Both the position numbers and the translations under genes were made by a program. Of a DNA stretch of 64,000 nucleotides, positions 38,319-46,657 are shown piece after piece. Location: NCBI GenBank assembly GCA_040753815.1, contig JBFMDU010000005.1:85350-149349 (forward strand), given 5' to 3'. The stretch is from Chloroflexota bacterium. Its GTDB lineage: Bacteria; Chloroflexota; Dehalococcoidia; GIF9; JBFMDU01. The notes beneath the pieces are model-generated. The model saw only the letters and a list, made by a program, of their open reading frames with translations, ran no database searches and was not told the DNA's origin. Positions within the stretch are counted from its first letter, which is position 1, and each line of letters begins with the position of its first letter.

Positions 38319-41174
38319 TTAAATGGCCGCCGAAAGCGCCCAGACGGCCGCCATAGTCATGATAAATATGAAAGTCCCTATGGGAAGAAAGGCTCTAAAA
38401 GCCGTTTCTCTATCCGGCAGGAGCCGCAATGCCAGCTTGTATGCCGCAAAGATACTGAACACGAACCCGACCGTGACCATGAGCATTTGCATGATGTATG
38501 TCTGGTCGGCGCTCATGAGCTGCTGGACAGTGATCCCTTCCGGGATGACGCGGTTGAAGGGGAAATCCTGGGCCAGTGCCCGAATAACATCAAACACCGC
38601 CCCCCACGTACGGAATACATGGTCAAGAATATCGGCAAGGAATTTCATCCCGGCCAGCGGTAGTAAAGCATAACCAAAGTGAATAAAGAATTCCTTTACT
38701 GTCTTGTTTTTCATTCCACTGAACAGTTTTGAAAGATAGCTGAACCCGAATCCCAAACCAAGAGTCGCTGATATGCCTCCCAGGTATAACGCAATCACGC
38801 TCACAACACGAGGCCAGTCGTTGGGAGGTTCGCCAGCAGGCAGGACAAGCTTCAACACCGACCTTAAAGGCGACATGTAAAGCACCAGCAGTAGCGAGAC
38901 AATGGTGACCAGTGACGTGATGATGAGCGAGGCTACCGATTCATCCAGCTTGGCCGTAGTCCTCCCCCATAGGTCCAGCCCTGGTTTCCGGAACCCTATT
39001 TTCAGATTATAGTTGGGACATGCCTTAATACACTCGGTGCAGAGGATGCAGTTCAGATTCCGATCAACGCGCTCAGCGAACGGAGAATAACCACAATTCC
39101 AACAGCGTCCGCTTTCTAAAACCGCCGCGGCGTCATCCAGTCCTTTTTCAACTTCCCGGAACGACGTCTGACGTACGTTTGCTTCGAGCAAAGGCATGAT
39201 TGTCCTGGCTTTGAACTCAGCCGCCATTGCTGTCCCAGCACCGTCGTAACTGGCTGAAGTCCTGCCTTTCCTCAGGTCCATCCCTCTTAGATACCGTTCA
39301 ATCGAAACCGCCGCCTCTCTCCCGTCAGATATCGCATGGACAACATCGGCCGGCCCTCTTACCGCATCACCCCCGGCGAAGACGCCCGGCATATCGGTTT
39401 GCATCGTCAGCATATCAACTGAGAGGTACCCCGGTTCAGTGTATTTAAGTTCCGTCGCCAACCCCCGACCGTCTACTGATTGCCTGATAGCAACAATAAC
39501 GTTATCAACCTCAATTGCAAAGTCAGACACACTAACTGGCGTGAGACGCCGCTGATCATCCGCTTCCGGCTCACCAGCTTTCACATTAATACACTCAATA
39601 CCAGTCACCCGATTGCCGTTCGATAGTATGTTAATCGGCGCCGCTAGGTAATAGAACTTAATCCCTTCTGCCTCGGCGGCCTGTATCTCAGAAGCCAGCG
39701 CAGACAAGTCTTCACGTGACTGGCGGCTTATTACCGCGACTTCACCCGCGCCAAGCCGCCGCGCAACCCGGGCGGAGTGAATCGCAGCGTTCCCACTGCC
39801 AATGATACCCACTCGTCTTCCAATCTCGATAGTTCCGTTTACATTGACATCCCGGAGGAAATCTAGAGCGTTAATAACACCGGTATTCTCCTCACCCGGA
39901 ATACCTGGCTTCTGGCTGACCCCAGCGCCGATCCCCACGAAAACGGCCCGGTAGCCCTGCTGGAATAACGCCCCGATATCTTTAACCGGGGAACCAGTCT
40001 TGATTTCCACCCCCAAGCGCTTGATGTATTTTATCTCTCCATCGAGGATGTTCTTGGGCAGTCGGTAGCCTGGTATGCCGTACCGGAGGAGACCACCGGC
40101 TTCCGGCGCGGCTTCGAAGACCGTGACCGGGTAGCCCCGCTTAACCAGGTCATAAGCGCAGGTTAGCCCCGCTGGCCCGGACCCGACGACGGCCACCCGG
40201 TCGGAATGCTTTGCTCTCACCGGTTTGACCTTCTCTTCCCCCATCGCTAGGAACTGGTCTGCCATGTAGCGCTTAATATCGCGGATGGTCACGTTCCCAT
40301 CAACCTTCGCCCTCTCACATCCGATTTCACAGGGATGAGTGCAGACTCGTCCCAGCGTGCCTACCAGGGCCGTGGTCTTACGATGAAGTTCCACACCCTC
40401 GCGGTACCTGCCCTGCGCCGCAAGCTGAATGTAGCCAGCGCTGTCCACACCGGCAGGGCATGTCGCCTGACATAAGGGATACCCTTTCGAATCGATGGTG
40501 AAATCGCAGTGCCGGAGCATCATCGGGCAACCATAAGCCTGCTCGCTGCCGTTTATGCAAGCCTTCGCCTTACACTTGCGGCAGACTATCTCGCGCTTCC
40601 TACGGACTTCGAACGGAGCGGCCATCGAACTCATGCCAATAAAGACGGTCAGCGGACAAAGGTATAAACAAAAGGTCCGCCTTTCAAAGAAGAGATTTAT
40701 CCAGACCGGCCCGAGTATCATTACCGTAATCAACCCGGCGGTCAAAGCCGGGCTATTAGAAATACCGTAGCCGGTATCAAGAAAAATGAAGACCACAAAG
40801 AATACGATGCCTATCCACAGGTTGCGCAGGCGCCGAGGGTACTTAAAGTTGAATCCCAGCCCCCATTTCCTCTTCCACCACAGGCTCAGCCTCTGAAACC
40901 ACTCGCCGGCAACTCCGAAGGGACACATTATGCACCAACCCCGACCCACCAAAATGAAGAGCACGATGAGGAGTCCCCACCACACCACCCAGGTAAAAAC
41001 GGTACCGAAGTTGAAGGCCGGGTTGGAAACCCCCCAGAAGAGGGAGGCCGCGGCGATGATAAAAACTAAAAACGCCGGCGCCACCAGCAGAAACTGGAAA
41101 TAGCGGCGGGTAATAAGAAACTTCAGGGCACGCGCTTCAAGCAGGTTGGTAAGAATAACCTGTAGTTTTTTCAT
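38319..41174 (-). CDS. NapH/MauN-like membrane polyferredoxin containing an inserted GltD-like FAD/[4Fe-4S] oxidoreductase module
   Basis: N-terminal TMs with GRGWCIMCP and RTFCLYLCP; CQATCPAG, GRVCTHPCEIGC, VGSGPAG, GLLRYGIPGYRL, GVFAGGD, RCWNCG; then NCILCTECIKACP and C-terminal TMs. Confidence 0.88.
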   Translation of the reverse strand: MKKLQVILTNLLEARALKFLITRRYFQFLLVAPAFLVFIIAAASLFWGVSNPAFNFGTVFTWVVWWGLLIVLFILVGRGWCIMCPFGVAGEWFQRLSLWWKRKWGLGFNFKYPRRLRNLWIGIVFFVVFIFLDTGYGISNSPALTAGLITVMILGPVWINLFFERRTFCLYLCPLTVFIGMSSMAAPFEVRRKREIVCRKCKAKACINGSEQAYGCPMMLRHCDFTIDSKGYPLCQATCPAGVDSAGYIQLAAQGRYREGVELHRKTTALVGTLGRVCTHPCEIGCERAKVDGNVTIRDIKRYMADQFLAMGEEKVKPVRAKHSDRVAVVGSGPAGLTCAYDLVKRGYPVTVFEAAPEAGGLLRYGIPGYRLPKNILDGEIKYIKRLGVEIKTGSPVKDIGALFQQGYRAVFVGIGAGVSQKPGIPGEENTGVINALDFLRDVNVNGTIEIGRRVGIIGSGNAAIHSARVARRLGAGEVAVISRQSREDLSALASEIQAAEAEGIKFYYLAAPINILSNGNRVTGIECINVKAGEPEADDQRRLTPVSVSDFAIEVDNVIVAIRQSVDGRGLATELKYTEPGYLSVDMLTMQTDMPGVFAGGDAVRGPADVVHAISDGREAAVSIERYLRGMDLRKGRTSASYDGAGTAMAAEFKARTIMPLLEANVRQTSFREVEKGLDDAAAVLESGRCWNCGYSPFAERVDRNLNCILCTECIKACPNYNLKIGFRKPGLDLWGRTTAKLDESVASLIITSLVTIVSLLLVLYMSPLRSVLKLVLPAGEPPNDWPRVVSVIALYLGGISATLGLGFGFSYLSKLFSGMKNKTVKEFFIHFGYALLPLAGMKFLADILDHVFRTWGAVFDVIRALAQDFPFNRVIPEGITVQQLMSADQTYIMQMLMVTVGFVFSIFAAYKLALRLLPDRETAFRAFLPIGTFIFIMTMAAVWALSAAI

Positions 41175-41749
41175 CTTATCCAGCGCCGCGCAACGGCAGT
41201 GAAACCGCCGAAAACGACGACAACCAGCGCCGCGCTGGCAAATGGCAGGTATTTAGTCATCCCACCACCGGCTTCCCCGATTATAAGATGCGCCTTCATG
41301 TAGGGATGGCCGATACCGCAAAACACCGTGCAGTACATCGCGTATGTCCCCTCGGAAATATCGGCCGGTATCGTGACGCGGCGCGTTATCTTCTCCCCTG
41401 GCGGCAGATCCATGTTGATACCCAGTTCATTAATCGCAAAACCGTGGGTGATATCCTCGCTCTGAAGCGTCAGCATAATATTTTCCCCACGGTTTACCTT
41501 GATGGCCCTGGGTTCAAATTCCCATTGCTGAGCCTTCAGTTCAAACTCCCTGACCCCATTAACCATCCTACCTTCCGATATGCTCACGGCGGCCACATTA
41601 TGGACGCCATACGCCATACCGAAGGTGATCAGGATGCCGATAACCGCGACTATAGCAGCAATAAGCGGCACTTTGTTGAAGACGCCGCTGCTGTTCGAAA
41701 CCATCTGTGGGTCAGCCCCGCTGTTGGTCATCTTTACAAATATCCACAT
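41171..41749 (-). CDS. Membrane-anchored CuA cupredoxin (Cox2/NosZ C-terminal-like)
   Basis: EDITHGF and CTVFCGIGHPYM (complete CuA ligand set); N- and C-terminal TM helices. Confidence 0.88.
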   Translation of the reverse strand: MWIFVKMTNSGADPQMVSNSSGVFNKVPLIAAIVAVIGILITFGMAYGVHNVAAVSISEGRMVNGVREFELKAQQWEFEPRAIKVNRGENIMLTLQSEDITHGFAINELGINMDLPPGEKITRRVTIPADISEGTYAMYCTVFCGIGHPYMKAHLIIGEAGGGMTKYLPFASAALVVVVFGGFTAVARRWIR

Positions 41750-41816
41750 ACCTTTATTTTCTCAACCCGATTGAACGACCATCCTGGTTAACATAATGGA
41801 ATATCTGACCTGTTCA

Positions 41817-41878
41817 TAGGACTTTTGTCGTAATTCTAAAACCTGGTGGCGCCGAAGCCTTTTGGGACAAAAGTCGTA
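41817..41878. promoter_or_regulatory. Two Crp/Fnr-type boxes in a divergent promoter
   Basis: TAGGAC-TTTT-GTCGTA (41817-41832) and TGGGAC-AAAA-GTCGTA (41863-41878). Confidence 0.65.
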
Positions 41879-41942
41879 GCCGCAAATCAAATAACCGCGT
41901 ATCGTACGGAACACCAAGCCTTTCGAAGAGGAGTACCGTAAA

Positions 41943-42437
41943 GTGGATATCAGGAAAGCTCTGACAGATGCCATGGAAGAATATTTCAATGGCGATACGA
42001 AGAGAATAAACCATGCCCGCAAAGTGACCGAATATGCCGAGAAACTAATCGACCTGGAAAAAGGAGACGGTGTAATTGTGCTGGGAGCATCAGTCCTCCA
42101 CGACATCGGCATTCACGAGGCGGAGAGGAAATATAACAGCACCGCCGGGAAATACCAGGAAATTGAGGGGCCGCCTATCGCTCGCAGCATATTAAATAGA
42201 CTCGGATTCCAGCCCGAGCAAATCGATGAAATATGCAACATCATTGCTCATCACCACAGCCCCGGAATAATCAATACCCAAAACTTCAAGATACTCTATG
42301 ACGCTGACTGGCTGGTGAATTTAAGAGATGAATACGATATCAAGGACCGGCAAAAGCTGACGAACATCATTGATCGCGTCTTCCTAACCGATACCGGCAA
42401 GTCCATGGCGCGGGCGATATACCTGGGAAAACACTGA
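41943..42437 (+). CDS. HD-domain phosphohydrolase
   Basis: RINHARKV, VLHDIG, AHHH, LYDAD. Confidence 0.9.
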   Translation: MDIRKALTDAMEEYFNGDTKRINHARKVTEYAEKLIDLEKGDGVIVLGASVLHDIGIHEAERKYNSTAGKYQEIEGPPIARSILNRLGFQPEQIDEICNIIAHHHSPGIINTQNFKILYDADWLVNLRDEYDIKDRQKLTNIIDRVFLTDTGKSMARAIYLGKH

Positions 42438-42495
42438 CAACAGACGAACTACGGGTAAAGCCACAAATTCGTACCGACAAGTATACTGCCTGCAC

Positions 42496-43215
42496 CTAAA
42501 TCCCATAGGATTGAAGACCATCGGACATAGCGAAATAAAAGGCGGCCTCGGCATGAATTCTGGCTGTGTCGAGTACCGGGATACCAATCGAATCTTGAGT
42601 CATCACCATCGGCAACTCGGTACACCCGAGTATCAGAGCCTGTATCTCTTTCTCTTTCGCCATTACCCTTGCGAGACTGCATAATCCCTGTCGCGTTTCC
42701 TCAACAATGACGCCGCTCACCAATTCCGACATGATCTTGTGGTGAATATAATCCTGCTCTGGCTCTTCAGGGGTAACCACGGCTATCCCATACCTAGTCG
42801 AAAGTACTCTGTTATAGAAGCCAGCCTTCATCGTGAAGTTTGTACCGAAGAGTCCAACCCTGCTATACCCAAGACCCTTTGCCACCCGGCCGGTCTCCTC
42901 TACTATACTCAGCAAGGGGACTGGTGAGCTGGCAGCCACATCGTCGAATACCACATGTGGTGTATTTGAAGCCAATAAAGCGAATTCCGCCCCAGCTCTG
43001 TGAAGAGACCTGATAGCACCGACCAGCAGGTGGGCTAGGCCTGATAAATCCCGGGCGGCGAGAAGACCAACCATCTCCTCAAAGTTCAAGCTATAAACGA
43101 GTACTTCCGGATAGAAGTACTCCTTGCCTTTTCGTGGACCAAGGCGCGTTATGGTGCGATAGTATTCGATGGTTGACTCCGGAGCCATCCCTCCGACGAT
43201 ACCTATCTTTTTCAT
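42496..43215 (-). CDS. Aspartate/glutamate racemase family protein
   Basis: IGIVGGMAPESTIEYY, ASNTPH, LGCTELP. Confidence 0.92.
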   Translation of the reverse strand: MKKIGIVGGMAPESTIEYYRTITRLGPRKGKEYFYPEVLVYSLNFEEMVGLLAARDLSGLAHLLVGAIRSLHRAGAEFALLASNTPHVVFDDVAASSPVPLLSIVEETGRVAKGLGYSRVGLFGTNFTMKAGFYNRVLSTRYGIAVVTPEEPEQDYIHHKIMSELVSGVIVEETRQGLCSLARVMAKEKEIQALILGCTELPMVMTQDSIGIPVLDTARIHAEAAFYFAMSDGLQSYGI

Positions 43216-43288
43216 CGTCCACCACTTAGGAATATCGTGATTCCCGGCAGTCTATGTTTTCTGTTCTCAGGCTAACAACCATGCCAAC

Positions 43289-43795
43289 CTACTTTCGTAC
43301 GGGGCGTTGCTTTTCCAGCTTTTGAAATACCCGAAGAATCTTCTCATTCTGGTTTTTATCCAGATGCATATTGGCCATCATAAAAAGGATATGATCCTCC
43401 TTCTCTATGTGCTGACGCAACGTTGAAATGATGTGCTGTCCCTCGTACTTGACCACCTCTCTTGCATTACCATCGTTAGAGTTCTTGATTACACGAGCCA
43501 GGGCATCCTGGAACCTGTCATTGCTTGCCCGCAGGTACTCATGCTCCGCCAACATAACTCCTATGGGTCCACTGTCCCTGGGTAAAAACTTCTCTATCTC
43601 AGGGAACAACCCCTCCTCTTCCTTGATGAAATGAGTCCATATCTCATCCTTAAAGAACTTACCGTATCCCTGAAGACGTGAAATATCAGCCTTGATGTTC
43701 ATCCTGTCAAGAACTTCGTCAAGACCATCCAGTATTTTCAACACCTCCCGATGCTCCTCGCTCAAGATATCAGTCGGTTTAAATTGTGTGTCCAT
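43289..43795 (-). CDS. Hemerythrin-like protein
   Basis: LSEEHREV, THFIKEEEGLFP, MLAEH, HIEKEDHILF. Confidence 0.9.
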   Translation of the reverse strand: MDTQFKPTDILSEEHREVLKILDGLDEVLDRMNIKADISRLQGYGKFFKDEIWTHFIKEEEGLFPEIEKFLPRDSGPIGVMLAEHEYLRASNDRFQDALARVIKNSNDGNAREVVKYEGQHIISTLRQHIEKEDHILFMMANMHLDKNQNEKILRVFQKLEKQRPVRK

Positions 43796-43892
43796 TTTCT
43801 ACTTTTATTCCTCTTCCTCGATTATCCCCTTCCAAGAGCCGGTGTGGTTATAACCTCGTTGGAAAATATAGTTAACCTTCCCCCGACTAAAC

Positions 43893-43908
43893 AACGACAT
43901 AAGTCACA
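43893..43908. promoter_or_regulatory. Crp/Fnr-type box AACGAC-ATAA-GTCACA
   Basis: Upstream of the hemerythrin gene. Confidence 0.5.
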
Positions 43909-44027
43909 CTGCACCTAACAATATCCAGCGGGCGGCTATCAATGGCAGAGGGATAAAGCGCCAGATATCGTCAAGTACTAGAAGTTACCTCCGCTAGTGA
44001 TGTTCCCAATCCGGAAAACTACAAATG

Positions 44028-44411
44028 TTACGGGAAACAGCCAAGCTGACACCTGACAATCTTTATCTTCAACATGGTGGCGGTGTCGCCGATCTCCTTC
44101 AGACTGACCCCGAGTTCCGTCCTTAACTTGAATGCTTTTGCACAGGGGAGACTTCCATTGACGAGAGAGCCTTTCACTGCCTCAGCCATGACATCGCTAA
44201 TGCTTGCCTTGTCGAGGTCGTCATGCGTCGCCTTTTTTACGGCGAAGCATCCCAGCTGGCAATCTCTGATGCGTACTCCCATCTCATCTGCCGCATCCCC
44301 GATAGTTTTTGGCACCACTTTTAATTTTCCCGCTAATTCAAGAGCGCTGGAGCAGGGAAGATAGCCACCAACCAGAGAGGCTTTTATTTCATCCTTCAAT
44401 GTCGTCGCCAT
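44028..44411 (-). CDS. Small Cys protein with an internal duplication (LPC...CQLGCF x2)
   Basis: YLPCSSALELA...IRDCQLGCF and SLPCAKAFKL...IVRCQLGCF. Confidence 0.8.
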   Translation of the reverse strand: MATTLKDEIKASLVGGYLPCSSALELAGKLKVVPKTIGDAADEMGVRIRDCQLGCFAVKKATHDDLDKASISDVMAEAVKGSLVNGSLPCAKAFKLRTELGVSLKEIGDTATMLKIKIVRCQLGCFP

Positions 44412-44468
44412 GCTTAATACCCTCCAGAAATATCCTGTTTATTGTCGGACATTCGCCAAGAAGCCGTA

Positions 44469-44484
44469 AATGACTTTTGTCGGG
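44469..44484. promoter_or_regulatory. Crp/Fnr-type box AATGAC-TTTT-GTCGGG
   Basis: In the divergent promoter of the Crp/Fnr gene. Confidence 0.55.
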
Positions 44485-44535
44485 ATTCTATGGTAGTATT
44501 TCGATAGCCATACATAACTTTCGAGATTCTTACTG

Positions 44536-45198
44536 ATGCCTCCAACAATTAATTTCTTAAAATCACTACCCTACTTCGCCGCCTTGCGGCCAGCCACACT
44601 AGACAACATTGCCAGGACGGCGACGGAGCTTTCCTTCGCCAGGGGCGAGGTCGTCATACTGGAGGGAGAGCCCTGCCGCGGCTTATACATCGTCAGGATG
44701 GGGCGAGTGCGCATCTTCAAAAGTTCGGCTGAGGGACGGGAGCAAGTGCTGTACATCGCTGGCCCGGGCGATACCTTTAACGACGTCCCGGTCTTCGATG
44801 ACGGCGCCAACCCGGCCAGCGCTTCGGCACTAGAACCAGCCACCATCTACCTCATTCCCAGGCAGACAATGACCTACCTGGCAACCGACAGCCAGACGGC
44901 CCAGGCAATTATCAAGGTCTTCGCCACCCGCCTCCGCCACCTGACTACGATAGCTGAAGATCTCTCTTTCCGCAGTGTCCCCAGCCGGCTGGCCAAGCTG
45001 CTACTAAAGCTGGCCGTGGTCGAAGGCGGCGAAGCGCCAATCCCACAATTAACCCAGGACGAGATGGCGGCCATGGTCGGCTCGGTCAGGGATGTCGTCG
45101 GTCGGTCGCTTAGAACCATGACAGGCATGGGAGTTATCGAAATAAAGGGGAAGCGCATTACTATTACCGATCCCGATAAGCTTAAGGACATAAGTTGA
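44536..45198 (+). CDS. Crp/Fnr-family regulator (no FNR Cys cluster; DNR/HcpR-like)
   Basis: cNMP-binding fold (GRVRIFKSSAEGREQ, GDTFNDV); HTH LTQDEMAAMVGSVRDVVGRSL. Confidence 0.92.
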   Translation: MPPTINFLKSLPYFAALRPATLDNIARTATELSFARGEVVILEGEPCRGLYIVRMGRVRIFKSSAEGREQVLYIAGPGDTFNDVPVFDDGANPASASALEPATIYLIPRQTMTYLATDSQTAQAIIKVFATRLRHLTTIAEDLSFRSVPSRLAKLLLKLAVVEGGEAPIPQLTQDEMAAMVGSVRDVVGRSLRTMTGMGVIEIKGKRITITDPDKLKDIS

Positions 45199-45201
45199 GT
45201 C

Positions 45202-45217
45202 TGCGACAAAAGTCGTA
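45202..45217. promoter_or_regulatory. Crp/Fnr-type box TGCGAC-AAAA-GTCGTA
   Basis: Upstream of the ferredoxin/NOR operon. Confidence 0.65.
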
Positions 45218-45295
45218 TCACCATTGCCGCCCCTTGCCTACAATCACCCTGTCGCTTGACAAGGCAGGGGCTTGGTATAAATAAATAGAGGACTA

Positions 45296-45589
45296 ATGAA
45301 GACGGCCATACCCGAAGTTGACAGCGAAAAGTGCACCGGATGCGGGGACTGTGTCGAACAATGTCCCACCGATGCGGTTGAGGTGATTGATGGCAAGGCT
45401 GTCATCGTCAGGCCCGGCGACTGCACCTACTGCACCGACTGTGAAGCCTACTGCCCTGCCCACGCGATCCGATGCCCGTATGAAATCGTCCTCCTTCCGG
45501 CAGGAACCAGAAAACGTACTCCGGTGAGGAGGTCACACGGCAAAAGAGCAGATGGCACGCACACAAAGACACGCACATTCCGAAGGTAG
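45296..45589 (+). CDS. 2x[4Fe-4S] ferredoxin
   Basis: CTGCGDCVEQCP and CTYCTDCEAYCP. Confidence 0.92.
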   Translation: MKTAIPEVDSEKCTGCGDCVEQCPTDAVEVIDGKAVIVRPGDCTYCTDCEAYCPAHAIRCPYEIVLLPAGTRKRTPVRRSHGKRADGTHTKTRTFRR

Positions 45590-46100
45590 CGAAAATCCAG
45601 CCGCCAACCCTGTACCATCAGGGTGGCTGAAAACTTCCCGAAGTCGGCTCCGTTTCGAATTAGCTGGCCTGGCCTTTGCCTGTCGCCACGGCTTTGCCCC
45701 GGAGGACTACGCCCATCACCTGTGGAGCCGCGGTGCGGCGGCGTGGATGGGCAAGGAAAATCCCGACGCCGCCGAATACTTGCGTAAAGAAGCCGGAGCC
45801 TGCCGGGAGTTCTACCCCGAAGTAGCTATGTCCCTGATAAAGGCCCGCCCCGGGATGGCCGAACTTGTCTTCACCCGGGGCTGTCTCGGGGGATGGGGAG
45901 ACGACCAGTGGGCACTGGCCAGAAGTCTGGGACTGAACAAGAAACGCATCTGTGCCTACTGTCAGGAATCTTTCCGTGTCTGGACAAAGCAGTTAGGACT
46001 GGCATCACATATCGGCCCGTCAACGGATGGTCACTGCCACCTGCTGGTAGTAATAGATGGCGATTCGTTAGCGCCTCCAGGCGCTGACTGCAACAAATAA
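45552..46100 (+). CDS. Hypothetical Cys/His-containing protein
   Basis: 182-aa ORF filling the gap in the operon; RGC, CAYC, HCH. Confidence 0.6.
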   Translation: MARTQRHAHSEGSENPAANPVPSGWLKTSRSRLRFELAGLAFACRHGFAPEDYAHHLWSRGAAAWMGKENPDAAEYLRKEAGACREFYPEVAMSLIKARPGMAELVFTRGCLGGWGDDQWALARSLGLNKKRICAYCQESFRVWTKQLGLASHIGPSTDGHCHLLVVIDGDSLAPPGADCNK

Positions 46101-46115
46101 AAGGAGGTATGGCTT

Positions 46116-46220
46116 ATGTACGTAACCGATTACATTTTCTGGGCTTACACCACCTTCCTGGTGGCGGCTGCGGTCTTCATGGCCGTCTTCGTCTCCCTGG
46201 TGCGGAAGAAGAGGGAGTAA
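46116..46220 (+). CDS. 34-aa single-TM protein, probable small subunit of the heme-copper enzyme
   Basis: AAGGAGG RBS; MYVTDYIFWAYTTFLVAAAVFMAVFVSLVRKKRE; stop lies 1 nt before subunit II; not in the ORF track. Confidence 0.75.
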   Translation: MYVTDYIFWAYTTFLVAAAVFMAVFVSLVRKKRE

Positions 46221-46221
46221 C

Positions 46222-46644
46222 ATGGAAAAACACGAACGAGTCTGGCTGGGAATCCTGTGTGTCGTCTTTATCATCGTCAACGCCATCACCATCTCACCGC
46301 TGGTCCCCTGGCAGGAGTGGCAGGTCTGGTCAAAACCAGTCCCGGAAAAGATAATCCCGGTCGAGGTGGAAAATTACCGCTTCAAGCTCCCTCCACAGGG
46401 AATCGAGGCCAAAGCCAACCAGTACGTGGAGTTCGTCGCCACATCGAAGGACGTGACCTACGGTTTCGGGGTTTTCCGGCAGGATGGCTCCCTGGTTTTC
46501 CAGATGCAGGTCATACCCGGCCGTGAGAGCCGGCTTGCCTGGAAATTTGACGCCCCCGGCGTCTACGATGTCCGCTCCACCGAATACTCCGGGCCAAGAC
46601 ATCCGGAGATGTTCGTCAAGAACGCCATCCGGGTAACGGCATAG
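46222..46644 (+). CDS. Heme-copper oxidoreductase subunit II lacking CuA ligands
   Basis: One TM plus cupredoxin fold; DVTYGF (His->Tyr) and STEYSGPRHPEM (both Cys->Ser). Confidence 0.88.
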   Translation: MEKHERVWLGILCVVFIIVNAITISPLVPWQEWQVWSKPVPEKIIPVEVENYRFKLPPQGIEAKANQYVEFVATSKDVTYGFGVFRQDGSLVFQMQVIPGRESRLAWKFDAPGVYDVRSTEYSGPRHPEMFVKNAIRVTA

Positions 46645-46657
46645 AGGAGACACTGAA

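Noticed and set aside
38319-41174. Glutamate synthase small subunit gltD
   Set aside because: The GltD-like part is embedded in a polytopic membrane ferredoxin and there is no gltB nearby
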